DNA from: a virus
Taxonomy: Duplodnaviria > Caudoviricetes
Strand: one strand, 5' to 3'
IMG/VR virus record: IMGVR_UViG_3300037608_000248
Coordinates: 1-51,712 of that record
DNA: 51,712 nt
In this document: piece after piece, positions 36,861 through 46,242 of the stretch
Layout: each line of letters begins with the position of its first letter
Numbering within the stretch: position 1 is the first letter of the stretch
Notes under the pieces: model-generated
What the model saw: only the letters and a program-made list of their open reading frames with translations
Database searches by the model: none
What the model was told of the DNA's origin: nothing
Translations under genes and position numbers: made by a program

Positions 36861-36892
36861 GCGATAGATAGACAGAAAGTGTAAGCATGTAA

Positions 36893-36917
36893 AGTGGGGC
36901 CTTAAACGGGCCCCACT
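36893..36917 (+). terminator. Stem-loop after capsid gene
   Basis: AGTGGGGCC/GGCCCCACT. Confidence 0.55.
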
Positions 36918-36940
36918 ACTAATTTAAAGTTGGTGATAAA

Positions 36941-37336
36941 ATGCCAAAAAAACCGCAGGTAAGGGTAAGAATGAAGGGTTCAACTAACTGGCTGGTGCGT
37001 CCTGGTGACGAAATCAGTGTTGAGGAAAAGCTGGGATACAGGTGGATAAGATCCGGCCTGGCAGAACTGGCAGAACCAGCTGAAAAGATGGAAACTTTAC
37101 CGGAAATAGATATCTCACTTGAACAGCTAAGAGACCTGGCACGGCTGCACGATCTACCTATAAGGGGAACAAAGGCCGAGCTGGCCCAGCGACTGACCGA
37201 AGCCGGGGTTGTAATTAACCCGGTAGAAGAGCCGGTAGAACCTGAGCTTACAGCGGAACTTGAAACAGAGCTCAAATCTACAGTAGAAACGGAATACGAA
37301 TCCGAAGAGGAAACAATTAACCCGGAGCTGAGCTGA
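36941..37336 (+). CDS. Head-associated protein with SAP/Rho-N-like motif
   Basis: SLEQLRDLAR..DLPIRGTKAELAQRL; acidic tail. Confidence 0.7.
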   Translation: MPKKPQVRVRMKGSTNWLVRPGDEISVEEKLGYRWIRSGLAELAEPAEKMETLPEIDISLEQLRDLARLHDLPIRGTKAELAQRLTEAGVVINPVEEPVEPELTAELETELKSTVETEYESEEETINPELS

Positions 37337-37337
37337 T

Positions 37338-37730
37338 ATGTATATAACCAGTGCACAGTATAAGGATATAACAACCAGGCCGGAAGCAGAAGCGACGGAA
37401 GCCAGGATTAAAAAAGCTTCACTTTTGCTTGACGCACGGATCGGCCATTATGAGCGCAATGCCGAAGGCTGGAAGTTAGATCTCGACGGACTGACTAACC
37501 ATCAGAAGCTTGCTGTACGCGACTGGACAGCCTGGATGATAGCATACCTTTTTGACAACAATGACCAGGCTCCAACGACAGCCAGTATATCCCTGGGCCG
37601 TTTTTCTGTAACAGAGCACGGCCAGAAGGGCAAAACCATTCCCGAAGAGCTGAACTGGTCCGATATGATGCTTGAGGATTCCGGGCTTATTAACCGTCAC
37701 GGCAAACTAACACATAGGACGGTGGTGTAG
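37338..37730 (+). CDS. Head-tail adaptor
   Basis: MYIT..Y, I..AS..LD, S.SLGRFSV, L..SGL; position. Confidence 0.75.
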   Translation: MYITSAQYKDITTRPEAEATEARIKKASLLLDARIGHYERNAEGWKLDLDGLTNHQKLAVRDWTAWMIAYLFDNNDQAPTTASISLGRFSVTEHGQKGKTIPEELNWSDMMLEDSGLINRHGKLTHRTVV

Positions 37731-37733
37731 CCG

Positions 37734-38078
37734 GTGCACAAGCAACTCAAGAAGCTAATGACCCATAAGGCCACCGTGCGCAAGCTGGGCCGGAATATGG
37801 AAGGCGACTGGACTACGCTTGCCACTTACACCAACATTCCCTGTTTCTTTCAGTGGGGCAATAAGGTTGTAAGGGACAAGCGGGGTGAAGAGGTAACTGC
37901 TTCTGCTATCGTCTTTATGTATCCCGATGCGCCTATTACCGACAGTGGAGACGATATCTACTGGGAAATTGAGCAAACACATCCCTACAGCCGGAACAAG
38001 GCTACCATGATCCGCATAGACCCGATAGATGATCCCAGGACAGGAATCACGCACCATAAGGAGGTCGCTATCCAGTAA
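37734..38078 (+). CDS. Head closure / stopper protein
   Basis: Beta-rich 114 aa ending HHKEV; position. Confidence 0.65.
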   Translation: MHKQLKKLMTHKATVRKLGRNMEGDWTTLATYTNIPCFFQWGNKVVRDKRGEEVTASAIVFMYPDAPITDSGDDIYWEIEQTHPYSRNKATMIRIDPIDDPRTGITHHKEVAIQ

Positions 38079-38350
38079 TGTATTGCCCATTGTGGAGTAT
38101 CGCAAACAAAAAGCAATCCAAGTGCATTGAAAAAGAATGCGGAATGGTTGCCCTCTGCAGGCCGGAATTAATATCCGATTTGAGGCCCTATGATGAGTGT
38201 CCGAACGGCCATAAGGAAGCAGCTGTTGTGACAAGCCCGGATACGCTTGAAGGTTATATAGAAATGGTATGCCTGGCTGAAGACTGTAATGAACGCTGGC
38301 TTGTACCGGAAGGTGATAATAATGAGTTGGAAAACCTGGCGAGGTCCTGA
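38078..38350 (+). CDS. Cys-rich hypothetical protein
   Basis: Multiple Cys pairs; coupled start. Confidence 0.55.
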   Translation: MYCPLWSIANKKQSKCIEKECGMVALCRPELISDLRPYDECPNGHKEAAVVTSPDTLEGYIEMVCLAEDCNERWLVPEGDNNELENLARS

Positions 38351-38693
38351 GGTAAGTACGAAAATGGACGGTGCAAACAGAAGGGCTGTCCAGAATACCG
38401 GTGCAGTTATTTTGGCGGCAGCTAATAACGAAGTTCCGTTAAGAGATGCTTTCCTTCTAAGATCCGGCAAGGTGTTTATGGCACCAGGCGGCAGGCCTGA
38501 GGGATGTGTTAGTTTCGGTGGTGGAGACGGTACTGGGATGGCAAGGATTCCATATGCCCGGCGCTGGCATGAAAACAATGCCAACTTCCAGCGCGGCAGA
38601 AAAATGCGTTACCTGGCAGATCCCTTTAACCGTTTAGCAGGACCAACACTGCAAAAAGAGTTAGCCAGGGAGGGAGGCGATGCGCTGAGATGA
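38322..38693 (+). CDS. Tail completion protein (HK97 gp10-like)
   Basis: VP.....L.RSG, PYARRWHE, YL..P. Confidence 0.78.
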   Translation: MSWKTWRGPEVSTKMDGANRRAVQNTGAVILAAANNEVPLRDAFLLRSGKVFMAPGGRPEGCVSFGGGDGTGMARIPYARRWHENNANFQRGRKMRYLADPFNRLAGPTLQKELAREGGDALR

Positions 38694-39085
38694 TAGCAAC
38701 CGAAATAGCGGCATATCTAACTGCCAAAGGCTATACAACAAGCTCTGCTGTAACTGTAGACTATCAGCCGGATTCGCCTGACAACCTGGTAACCCTCCAC
38801 AATGAATCGGCGCCTGTTTTGCCCGAATCACACGCGCTGGCGGTAGATTTATGCGGGCTTCAGGTGCTTGTAAGAAATGAATCTAATTCTGCAGCCAGGG
38901 CTAAGGCTATCGCAATACATAAAGAGTTGGTTGGTCTAAGCAGAACCTTAAGCGGCCAAAGTGTTACAGATTTTTATGTAGTTACCAGTCCGGCCTCTAT
39001 AGGTCGTGACAGCAAAAATAGGGCTGAATGGTCAGCCCACTATTCATATCGCTTGTTATCAACAGGCGATAAACAAAGAAGTTAA
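38690..39085 (+). CDS. Tail terminator
   Basis: PDSPD, LQVLVR, P..IGRD..NR.EWS. Confidence 0.8.
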   Translation: MIATEIAAYLTAKGYTTSSAVTVDYQPDSPDNLVTLHNESAPVLPESHALAVDLCGLQVLVRNESNSAARAKAIAIHKELVGLSRTLSGQSVTDFYVVTSPASIGRDSKNRAEWSAHYSYRLLSTGDKQRS

Positions 39086-39099
39086 GGAGTGTGAAATAA

Positions 39100-39510
39100 A
39101 TGGAAGAAAAATTTGCCGGTTTTGTGGTAAAGGTTGACGATGTTACTGTAGCCAAGGTTACTAGTCTTACCATGAACAACCTTACTATTTCAGAAGCAGA
39201 TATTACCGGATCGGAAGATGTGGTAAATGGCGGTGATATTTTGGCCCAGAAATTTGCGTCGCTAGCTGTTAATGAGGTTGCAAACGTTGAAGGTATTGTC
39301 TGGGTGGGAGATGCAGGTCAATCCGATCTAAAAACTGCTGCCAGGCAGGGTGCAACAGTAGAGGTCAGTGCAGTGAATGCACAAGGCAACGGTGCCAGCC
39401 TCGAAGGCTTTTTCACTGGCTACCAGGAATCTCGCGGCACTGGAGACGTGGCTAAATTTAGCTCAGCATTCAGAGTAAACGAAAACACACCCATTGTGAA
39501 CGGCAGCTAA
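39100..39510 (+). CDS. Tail tube (major tail) protein
   Basis: Beta-rich 136 aa, DIT..ED, G.F.T; position. Confidence 0.75.
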   Translation: MEEKFAGFVVKVDDVTVAKVTSLTMNNLTISEADITGSEDVVNGGDILAQKFASLAVNEVANVEGIVWVGDAGQSDLKTAARQGATVEVSAVNAQGNGASLEGFFTGYQESRGTGDVAKFSSAFRVNENTPIVNGS

Positions 39511-39534
39511 TAGACTCAGGAGGGGTATTTATTA

Positions 39535-39990
39535 ATGGACGATAAAGCTAAACGATCTGCTGAAAATATGGCCAGACTTAATCAGGCGCACAAAGAAATG
39601 ATTGGCGAACAAGAACAACAGTTAATCGTCGACTTTGATGCTGCTTATGATGAGTGGAAGGCTAAAGACAAGCCGCTCATGGTCAGGTTTAAGGGAAAAA
39701 TATATCCCGTTCCCAGGAGACAACCATTTGCGTATTCTCTTTTTATTTCAAGACACACAAAAAGACAGTACGACCATGAGCTGCGAAAAGAGGTCCCAAG
39801 GCTTTTTGTGCCAGACGACAAGGCAGAAGAATACGTCCGTCTAATGTTTGGTGAAAAGTTTCTCCGGGCTATGCAGCAAAGCGATGTAGAGGTTGATTTT
39901 GTAATGGATAGAATAGCACCTGAAATCCATAAGCAATGGCAGTATGAACAAGCTACAGAAGGAAAAAACGCACAGACCCCAGGCTCATAA
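39535..39990 (+). CDS. Tail assembly chaperone (gpG-like)
   Basis: Between tube and TMP; ends at a slippery site. Confidence 0.8.
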   Translation: MDDKAKRSAENMARLNQAHKEMIGEQEQQLIVDFDAAYDEWKAKDKPLMVRFKGKIYPVPRRQPFAYSLFISRHTKRQYDHELRKEVPRLFVPDDKAEEYVRLMFGEKFLRAMQQSDVEVDFVMDRIAPEIHKQWQYEQATEGKNAQTPGS

Positions 39991-40208
39991 TCTGGGCTTG
40001 GGGTGCCCTTGAAGCGGACTTCTGGCAGTATTACCGGATAGATTTGAATGAACTGGCGTTTAACAGCTCTATGAGCATGCGCCGGTTTTCTGTTTTATTA
40101 GGCGGTCTTCCCACAGAATCAGCGTTTGCCAGATGGCTCAGGAATAAGAAGAACAGGGATATGGCAGAGATCAGCATAATCGATGACGAGATTTTCAGGC
40201 GGGGCTAA
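39963..40208 (+). CDS. -1 frameshift extension of tail assembly chaperone (gpGT-like)
   Basis: A_AAA_AAC at 39963-39969, 12-bp hairpin 39976-40004; -1 frame KRTDPRLIIWAWGALEADFWQYYRIDL...F..LLGGLP.ES to TAA 40208. Confidence 0.88.
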   Translation, partial: KKRTDPRLIIWAWGALEADFWQYYRIDLNELAFNSSMSMRRFSVLLGGLPTESAFARWLRNKKNRDMAEISIIDDEIFRRG

Positions 40209-40224
40209 GGTAGGTGATATATAG

Positions 40225-43209
40225 TTGGCATTTAACATAGGCGAGGTATCAGCATCCATAACGGGCGATAACATGCCTTTTATGCGTTCAATTAATGAAA
40301 CCCACCGTGCAGGTGACAACTGGGCTACACAGATGGGCGGTAATTTGCAGCAAGTCGGTGGCCAGATGCGCACCCTGGGAAGCACTGCTTCAATGTACCT
40401 AACAGCCCCAATCTTAGGTGTAGGTGTAGCTTCCGGCAAGATGTTCATGGACTTTGAGAAGTCTATGAGCGAAGTAACCGGATTGGTAGGTGTATCAAAA
40501 GAGCAGGTTTCACAATGGAGCGATGAATTGCTAAGCCTTGGCCCAGCCCTTGGTAAAACACCCCAGGAGTTAGCCGACGCGCTTTATTTCGTTACTTCAG
40601 CCGGTTTACGTGGTGCAGAAGCCATGGAAGTCTTAGAGATGTCAGCTAAAGCCTCTGCTGCCGGGTTGGGTGAAACTAAAGTAATTGCTGACCTGGTAAC
40701 CTCTGCAATGAACGCATACGGCTCTGAGAACCTGTCTGCAGCCCAGGCAACAGATATTTTAGTAGGGGCTGTCAGAGAAGGTAAGGCAGAAGCCGCAGAG
40801 ATGGCCGCTTCAATGGGCCAGGTGCTTCCTATTTCCTCAGCCATGGGCGTTGAATTCTGGGAAGTAGCGGCAGCAGCGGCAGCCATGACCCGGACCGGAA
40901 CAGACGCGGCTACGGCTAACATGCAGCTGAAGAATATCATGATGGGCTTACTTAAGCCATCGGAACAGGCCAATAAAGCGCTTGAATCAATGGGCACTTC
41001 TGCCGGCGAGTTGAGGCAGAAGATCAAAGATGATGGCTTGCTTGCCACACTCATGCACTTAAAAGATCTCACCAACGAGTATGGCGAAGACATTATGGCT
41101 CAGGTGTTCCCGAATATTCGTTCTCTATTGGGTGTTCTCGATTTAATGGGCGAGAACATGGAAGACAACATAGAGCTGTTTGGCCGTATGGAAGACACCA
41201 CCGGTTTACTGGAAAAAGCTTTTGAATCAGCAGCTGAAACAGCCCGTTTTAAGTGGAATCAGGCAATCGCGGAATCACAGGCCTCACTTATTACATTGGG
41301 TGAAGCTGTAATGACTGCAGCTATACCTGTTATGCAAGAACTGGTTGGCGTTATCAAGAGTTTAACTGAATGGTTTAAAGGCTTAGATGAAGAGCAACAG
41401 CAGAATATTATCCGCTGGGCTGGAATAACCGCGGCCATAGGGCCGGTTCTTGTAGTCTCAGGCACTCTTATTAGCAGTTTGGGGACCATTTTGAAGCTGT
41501 TTGGCGGCTTAGGGTCTGCGTTAATTGGTCTGCCGGGTATGTTTACCAAAACAGCTACGGGTATGGCAAGCGTTTCAACCGCATCGGTTGGTTACAGCAG
41601 CGGTATGGCCGCTGTAGGAGCAGGTACGAAAACTACAACGGGCCTTTTGGGTGGTCTTAGCACTAAACTATCTGCCCTGGGTGCAGCAGGTGGCCCTATC
41701 TTGGGTGTAGCAGCTGCCCTGGGTATAGCAGCGGTCTACTGGAACGAGTACACCAAGGCAATGAGCTATGACTACCGCACTTTTGAACAGGTGGCCAGCG
41801 ATGTCTTTAACAATGTATCAAACCAGTTCTTAACCGGTTATGCCTCGATGATAGACGCTCAGGAAAATGCACAAAAAGCAATGCTTGAATCACAGATTGC
41901 CTTCCTGGAAGAAAAGGAATCGCTTACGGAAGAAGAGATCCAGCAGCTTGAAGACTTGCGCACTACAATGCTGGTGGTCGAAGAAGAAGCAGCGGAAAAG
42001 CGCAAAGCATTACTACTCATTAAAGAAAAAGAACTTACCGATGCAATTATTGATGAAACTATCAGATCTCACGACGAAATAACTGCTCTGTTTGATGAGC
42101 ATAAGCAACAGAAGATGGATGATCTTGCTGAATGGCAGGCTGAAGAGCTACAGAAAATTATAGATCATCATGCAGCAATGGGGACTGTTGGAAGCGATGC
42201 CTTTTGGGCTGATATGGCCAGGTTGGAAGGGGAACATGGAGAAAGGCTTGCTCTTATTAATGCACAGCTGGGAGAAATACTCGCTGAATATGCCGAAGAG
42301 CTTGCAAAAATCGGCCTTGTTTACGATGAAGAACTTGGCAAACTAATTCCTATACAGGAAAAATACCACAGAGAACTTGGCAGCAAGTTACAGACTGACA
42401 TGGCTGAAATGAAAACCCAGTACGGGGTACTCAGCCGGCGCAATGTAGCTGAATACCGGAGAGGCATAGAAGACGAAACGCCAGCTACTGAAACAGCAGC
42501 CAAAAATACTGGAACCAGAAGCAGGACAGCTCTCAAAGAAGGCTCTGACGATACCTATTCACTTGGTGTTGACTTTGCTGAGGGTTTCAGAGGTGGGATT
42601 TCTTCTAAAATAGGTGACCTGGTTGGCACCGCTATTAAACTTGTGTCTGATGCTTACAATGCCGCTAAAAACTGGCTGGAGGCAAGATCACCTTCTCAGA
42701 AAACTTGGAGACTTGGTGAAGACTGGGGCGCAGGACTTGCAGGCGGGATTAACGCCTCAGAGAGTCTTGTTCGCAGCACAGCAGAAGGAATAGCCTCTTC
42801 AGCCGTGCAGCCTTTAATTGGAGTAGGCCAGCAGATGTCTGACATGGTTAATAGCTGGTGGGATATCCCCTCTTCTAAATCTTCAGGGGGCTCTTCTGGT
42901 AGCTGGTGGGATCTTGATTTCGGCAAGAAGTCTTCGACTGGCAACTGGTGGAACCTTGAGTTTGACCGGGGTGGTATTGTTCCCGGTCCGATTGGTGCAG
43001 CGCAGCTTGCTTTGGTTCACGGTGGGGAAACAATACTGCCTACTCATAAAACGGGCAATCAGCTTGCCCAGGGAGTGAGCTTTAACCTGGAAGGCTTGTT
43101 TGCCGGTGCGAATATCACGATAGGCTCAGACCAGGACGCTAAAAACTTAGCCCGTGAAATATACAGGCTTGCTGATATCCAGGCACGATCGGAAGGGGTG
43201 ATAATGTGA
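40225..43209 (+). CDS. Tape measure protein (TP901-type core)
   Basis: 994 aa, helical; T.PI.G.G, FE..M..V, A..LY...SAG; hydrophobic central segments; SPS; GG.V.GP..A.VHGGE.ILP. Confidence 0.95.
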   Translation: MAFNIGEVSASITGDNMPFMRSINETHRAGDNWATQMGGNLQQVGGQMRTLGSTASMYLTAPILGVGVASGKMFMDFEKSMSEVTGLVGVSKEQVSQWSDELLSLGPALGKTPQELADALYFVTSAGLRGAEAMEVLEMSAKASAAGLGETKVIADLVTSAMNAYGSENLSAAQATDILVGAVREGKAEAAEMAASMGQVLPISSAMGVEFWEVAAAAAAMTRTGTDAATANMQLKNIMMGLLKPSEQANKALESMGTSAGELRQKIKDDGLLATLMHLKDLTNEYGEDIMAQVFPNIRSLLGVLDLMGENMEDNIELFGRMEDTTGLLEKAFESAAETARFKWNQAIAESQASLITLGEAVMTAAIPVMQELVGVIKSLTEWFKGLDEEQQQNIIRWAGITAAIGPVLVVSGTLISSLGTILKLFGGLGSALIGLPGMFTKTATGMASVSTASVGYSSGMAAVGAGTKTTTGLLGGLSTKLSALGAAGGPILGVAAALGIAAVYWNEYTKAMSYDYRTFEQVASDVFNNVSNQFLTGYASMIDAQENAQKAMLESQIAFLEEKESLTEEEIQQLEDLRTTMLVVEEEAAEKRKALLLIKEKELTDAIIDETIRSHDEITALFDEHKQQKMDDLAEWQAEELQKIIDHHAAMGTVGSDAFWADMARLEGEHGERLALINAQLGEILAEYAEELAKIGLVYDEELGKLIPIQEKYHRELGSKLQTDMAEMKTQYGVLSRRNVAEYRRGIEDETPATETAAKNTGTRSRTALKEGSDDTYSLGVDFAEGFRGGISSKIGDLVGTAIKLVSDAYNAAKNWLEARSPSQKTWRLGEDWGAGLAGGINASESLVRSTAEGIASSAVQPLIGVGQQMSDMVNSWWDIPSSKSSGGSSGSWWDLDFGKKSSTGNWWNLEFDRGGIVPGPIGAAQLALVHGGETILPTHKTGNQLAQGVSFNLEGLFAGANITIGSDQDAKNLAREIYRLADIQARSEGVIM

Positions 43210-43790
43210 TAACTCTCGGAGGCAAAACTGAAACTGAATTGGGCTTTAAAATTCTCTCTTCCAACACATTAATACCGGGATTGCCGGACACACGCGACTA
43301 TACCATGGTAATACCAGGCCGTCATGGTGCCTATGATTTCGGGGCAGACCTTCAGCCCAAAGGATTCCTTTTTAATTGCTGGTTTCCACTGGGGCTTGAT
43401 AGTGCAGCAATTGAAGCAGCCATACTTGCCTTAAACGCATACCTGCTCGACAATTGGGGCAGGCCGCGCACTCTTGAGCTGGTATATGATTGGCAGCCTG
43501 ACAAACATTATAACGTGCGCTATTCGGGCGGGCAGGGGATAGACCCCTCGCAGGCTATGGCCCGGCGTAAATTTACCCTGCCGCTTATAGCCTTCGATCC
43601 GCATGCATTTGGGGAAGAATTAGAGGTGGAATACCTGCTGGAAGATTCCCCTGTCAGCCCGTGGTATGAGGTTGTTAGTAGTCTTAACGTGCCCATTACC
43701 ATCATTTTGGATAATGAAGGGTTGAACACTTTGAGCGGTTTCAGCTTTAAAACCTTTGACGATATATTCGATTGGAGCGTGTATGACTAA
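43206..43790 (+). CDS. Distal tail protein (Dit), N-terminal part
   Basis: IPGRHGAYDFG, L.L.YD..PDK.Y..RY.G, F.LPL.AFDP.A. Confidence 0.85.
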   Translation: MITLGGKTETELGFKILSSNTLIPGLPDTRDYTMVIPGRHGAYDFGADLQPKGFLFNCWFPLGLDSAAIEAAILALNAYLLDNWGRPRTLELVYDWQPDKHYNVRYSGGQGIDPSQAMARRKFTLPLIAFDPHAFGEELEVEYLLEDSPVSPWYEVVSSLNVPITIILDNEGLNTLSGFSFKTFDDIFDWSVYD

Positions 43791-43942
43791 TGAAAGGATT
43801 AATGAAACACGAAGGACGTGTACTGGCCACCGTGATCAGGGCAGACGGAACTGTCGAGGATTACGGGGTAGTCGCTGGACCTATATTGCAAGTCTGGTGG
43901 AGCAAACTTAAAAGGATGGTGAAAAAGTTATGGCAACAGTAG
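43790..43942 (+). CDS. Small tail-region protein (50 aa)
   Basis: Read by hand: A.VIRADG.VED.G; coupled start. Confidence 0.55.
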   Translation: MKGLMKHEGRVLATVIRADGTVEDYGVVAGPILQVWWSKLKRMVKKLWQQ

Positions 43943-44307
43943 TGAAGATACCCGCAACTGGCAGGGCGATTGCCTCAAATCGCATAAAGGGGATTGGAAC
44001 AGAGCCAAAAAATATCGGCTGGGGTACTGGCACAACACCTCCGGTAGATGGTGATACAGGCTTAGAAGTAGAAGCCGCAGAAAGCAGGGTAGTTGGCGCC
44101 AGCAGCGTGCAGACCACGACTACCACAAACGATACTTATAGGGTTGTTGGCACACTAACCAGTGCAAGTAACCAGACTATTTCAGAAGCTGCACTGTTTA
44201 ATGATGCTGGCAATTTGTATGAACGAGGAACCTTTGCCGGCATTGCTTTGGAAAACGGCGACTCTATACAGTTAACGATTGAAAGCCAGGCGGTAGCTCC
44301 GTCTTAA
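43930..44307 (+). CDS. Tail/baseplate structural protein
   Basis: IGWGTG......DT.L..E, ISEAALF, F..I.L..GDSIQ.T. Confidence 0.7.
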   Translation: MATVVKIPATGRAIASNRIKGIGTEPKNIGWGTGTTPPVDGDTGLEVEAAESRVVGASSVQTTTTTNDTYRVVGTLTSASNQTISEAALFNDAGNLYERGTFAGIALENGDSIQLTIESQAVAPS

Positions 44308-44323
44308 AGGAGGGCTGATATAA

Positions 44324-45232
44324 ATGAGTTATTTAATACCAGTAGCAGGCCCCTTAGCATCACCTCACGCCCAGCTGGTTAGTGGTTGTGATACAGCAGT
44401 AGATACCGAATGCGAGGTAGGTAACTTAACGGCGTTCACTGAGCCCGGAGAGGGCAAAGTGGGTGTGGTTGTATTTTGTGTTGATGAGTTCAGGAGCAAG
44501 AATCCGGCAGACTATGAAGTACTGACCTATACTGCAAAGAACGCCGGGACTGATGAGCTTGAAGGTCTGGTAAGCCGGGTAGGAACGCCCAGAAGCTGGC
44601 CCGCCGGTACTTACGCGGCCAGTTACGGGACAGGCTGGGCGTGGGATCAGGTTTGGGCGGCAATAATAGCCTTGGTCGGTGATATATCCGACCATACGAG
44701 CAACACAACTACTGCACATGGCGCAGTATCGACAGCTACAGCGTCTAAGCTTTTAATTCGTGACGCTAACGGCAGGGCAAAGGTGGCATCATCAAGCGAT
44801 GGAACCGATATTGCCCTTGTTTCGCAGACAAGCGATAAGTTGCCCCTTGCGGGGGGAACCATGACAGGGCCGATTGATTTTAATGGCCAGAAAGCACAAA
44901 AGGTTATTATCGAAGATTACGCTGAGACTTTGTCTACCGGAACATGGGATAGTGCGACCCAAACCTTAGATTTAAGCACTGCTAACAACCATTATCGGGA
45001 TATAACGGCCGCCGTAACAAGCTTGTCTTTTACCAATCCAAGGGCGGGTGCGCACTCTTTTACTTTGATTTTGGCGCAGGGCGCAACTTTAAGGGCAGTT
45101 ACATGGCCCGTATCGATTGCATGGGCAGGAGGTTTTGCTCCTTCAATGGCAATTAATAAAACCTATTGGATTACCTTTGTCACCTTAAACGGTGGCACAA
45201 CATGGACAGGGTTTTTGGCAGGGGTGGTATAA
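44324..45232 (+). CDS. Tail fibre-like protein
   Basis: LPLAGGTMTG fibre repeat, RDANGR, C-terminal VTWP..I.W.GG..P..TF.T.NGGTTW. Confidence 0.75.
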   Translation: MSYLIPVAGPLASPHAQLVSGCDTAVDTECEVGNLTAFTEPGEGKVGVVVFCVDEFRSKNPADYEVLTYTAKNAGTDELEGLVSRVGTPRSWPAGTYAASYGTGWAWDQVWAAIIALVGDISDHTSNTTTAHGAVSTATASKLLIRDANGRAKVASSSDGTDIALVSQTSDKLPLAGGTMTGPIDFNGQKAQKVIIEDYAETLSTGTWDSATQTLDLSTANNHYRDITAAVTSLSFTNPRAGAHSFTLILAQGATLRAVTWPVSIAWAGGFAPSMAINKTYWITFVTLNGGTTWTGFLAGVV

Positions 45233-45873
45233 TGCTGGCGACAAGAATGAGAATGTTTACAGAAACTTTGGTCATAGATGATTTTGAGCGAGGCAACATA
45301 ACACCATATAGTGGTGATACAGCTGGCTACCAAATATCAACAGAGGTATCGAGGAGAGGGCTTTATTCGATTAAGGCTATAAGTGCCTCCACTGCAACAG
45401 ACCGAATAGTTGCCACAACTGGGCTTGATGCATATTTCCCCAGAGGTTTTTGTTGTAATGCTTTTATGTATTTACATTCAAATTTCAATTTAATGACCAG
45501 TGATGCGGGTTTTATTTTCGGAGGTCAAGATACTGATAATAATTTTGTTATCAGGTTTAATCCATCAACTAACGATTGGCGAATTGTCCGTAGGCAAAGC
45601 GCAACGAATACCGTAATAGCGACCAAAACCGTAAATCGTAGTGTTTACCCGAAAGACGAATGGCTAAAAATAGAGGTTAAATGGTATAACAACGGAGATA
45701 TTGCCGTTGCCTTGTATCAAGAAGATGGAACATTTATAAACGACATAGAAGCCAATGACAATCAGTTTGCTAACAACGTAGGTGTCGGTTTTTATGCCAG
45801 TTCAGGTTCAACAACCGCAGCAGCGAGGCGGTGTTATTTTGATGACATTTTGCTTGCTAAGCACCCGCTATAA
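45232..45873 (+). CDS. Putative receptor-binding beta-sandwich protein
   Basis: DDFE..., aromatic beta-rich, YFDDI end; AT-rich; start reassigned to ATG 45232. Confidence 0.6.
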   Translation: MLATRMRMFTETLVIDDFERGNITPYSGDTAGYQISTEVSRRGLYSIKAISASTATDRIVATTGLDAYFPRGFCCNAFMYLHSNFNLMTSDAGFIFGGQDTDNNFVIRFNPSTNDWRIVRRQSATNTVIATKTVNRSVYPKDEWLKIEVKWYNNGDIAVALYQEDGTFINDIEANDNQFANNVGVGFYASSGSTTAAARRCYFDDILLAKHPL

Positions 45874-45884
45874 GGAGGGTTAAC

Positions 45885-46241
45885 ATGATACAGGTTAAAG
45901 ACGGCAAAGTTGTTCAAACTTTACTACCGCAAGTCGGGGTGCTATCAGACGGCAGGACGGTATCGGGCTATCATGTTTTACCTGCCGACATTTTAAGGGC
46001 AGAGGGCTGGCGTGATGAGATTGATATTAAGCCCGAACTCAAGGACGGCGAAATATTGGTTTTTGATAGCTACAATATTAAAAAAGATTTAGTTGAAGTG
46101 ATTTACAGGATTGAAGCAATGCCTGAACCAGTTAAGAGTGAAACAGAAAAGTTGAGAGAAGAAATGGACACGCTGAAAGCAGTTTTGGCACAGAAGGAAA
46201 TATTGACGAAGGCAGAGCTGGAACCGGTAAAGGTGGGATAA
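45885..46241 (+). CDS. Hypothetical protein, possible fibre chaperone
   Basis: AGGAGG RBS; C-terminal coiled coil. Confidence 0.65.
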   Translation: MIQVKDGKVVQTLLPQVGVLSDGRTVSGYHVLPADILRAEGWRDEIDIKPELKDGEILVFDSYNIKKDLVEVIYRIEAMPEPVKSETEKLREEMDTLKAVLAQKEILTKAELEPVKVG

Positions 46242-46242
46242 T

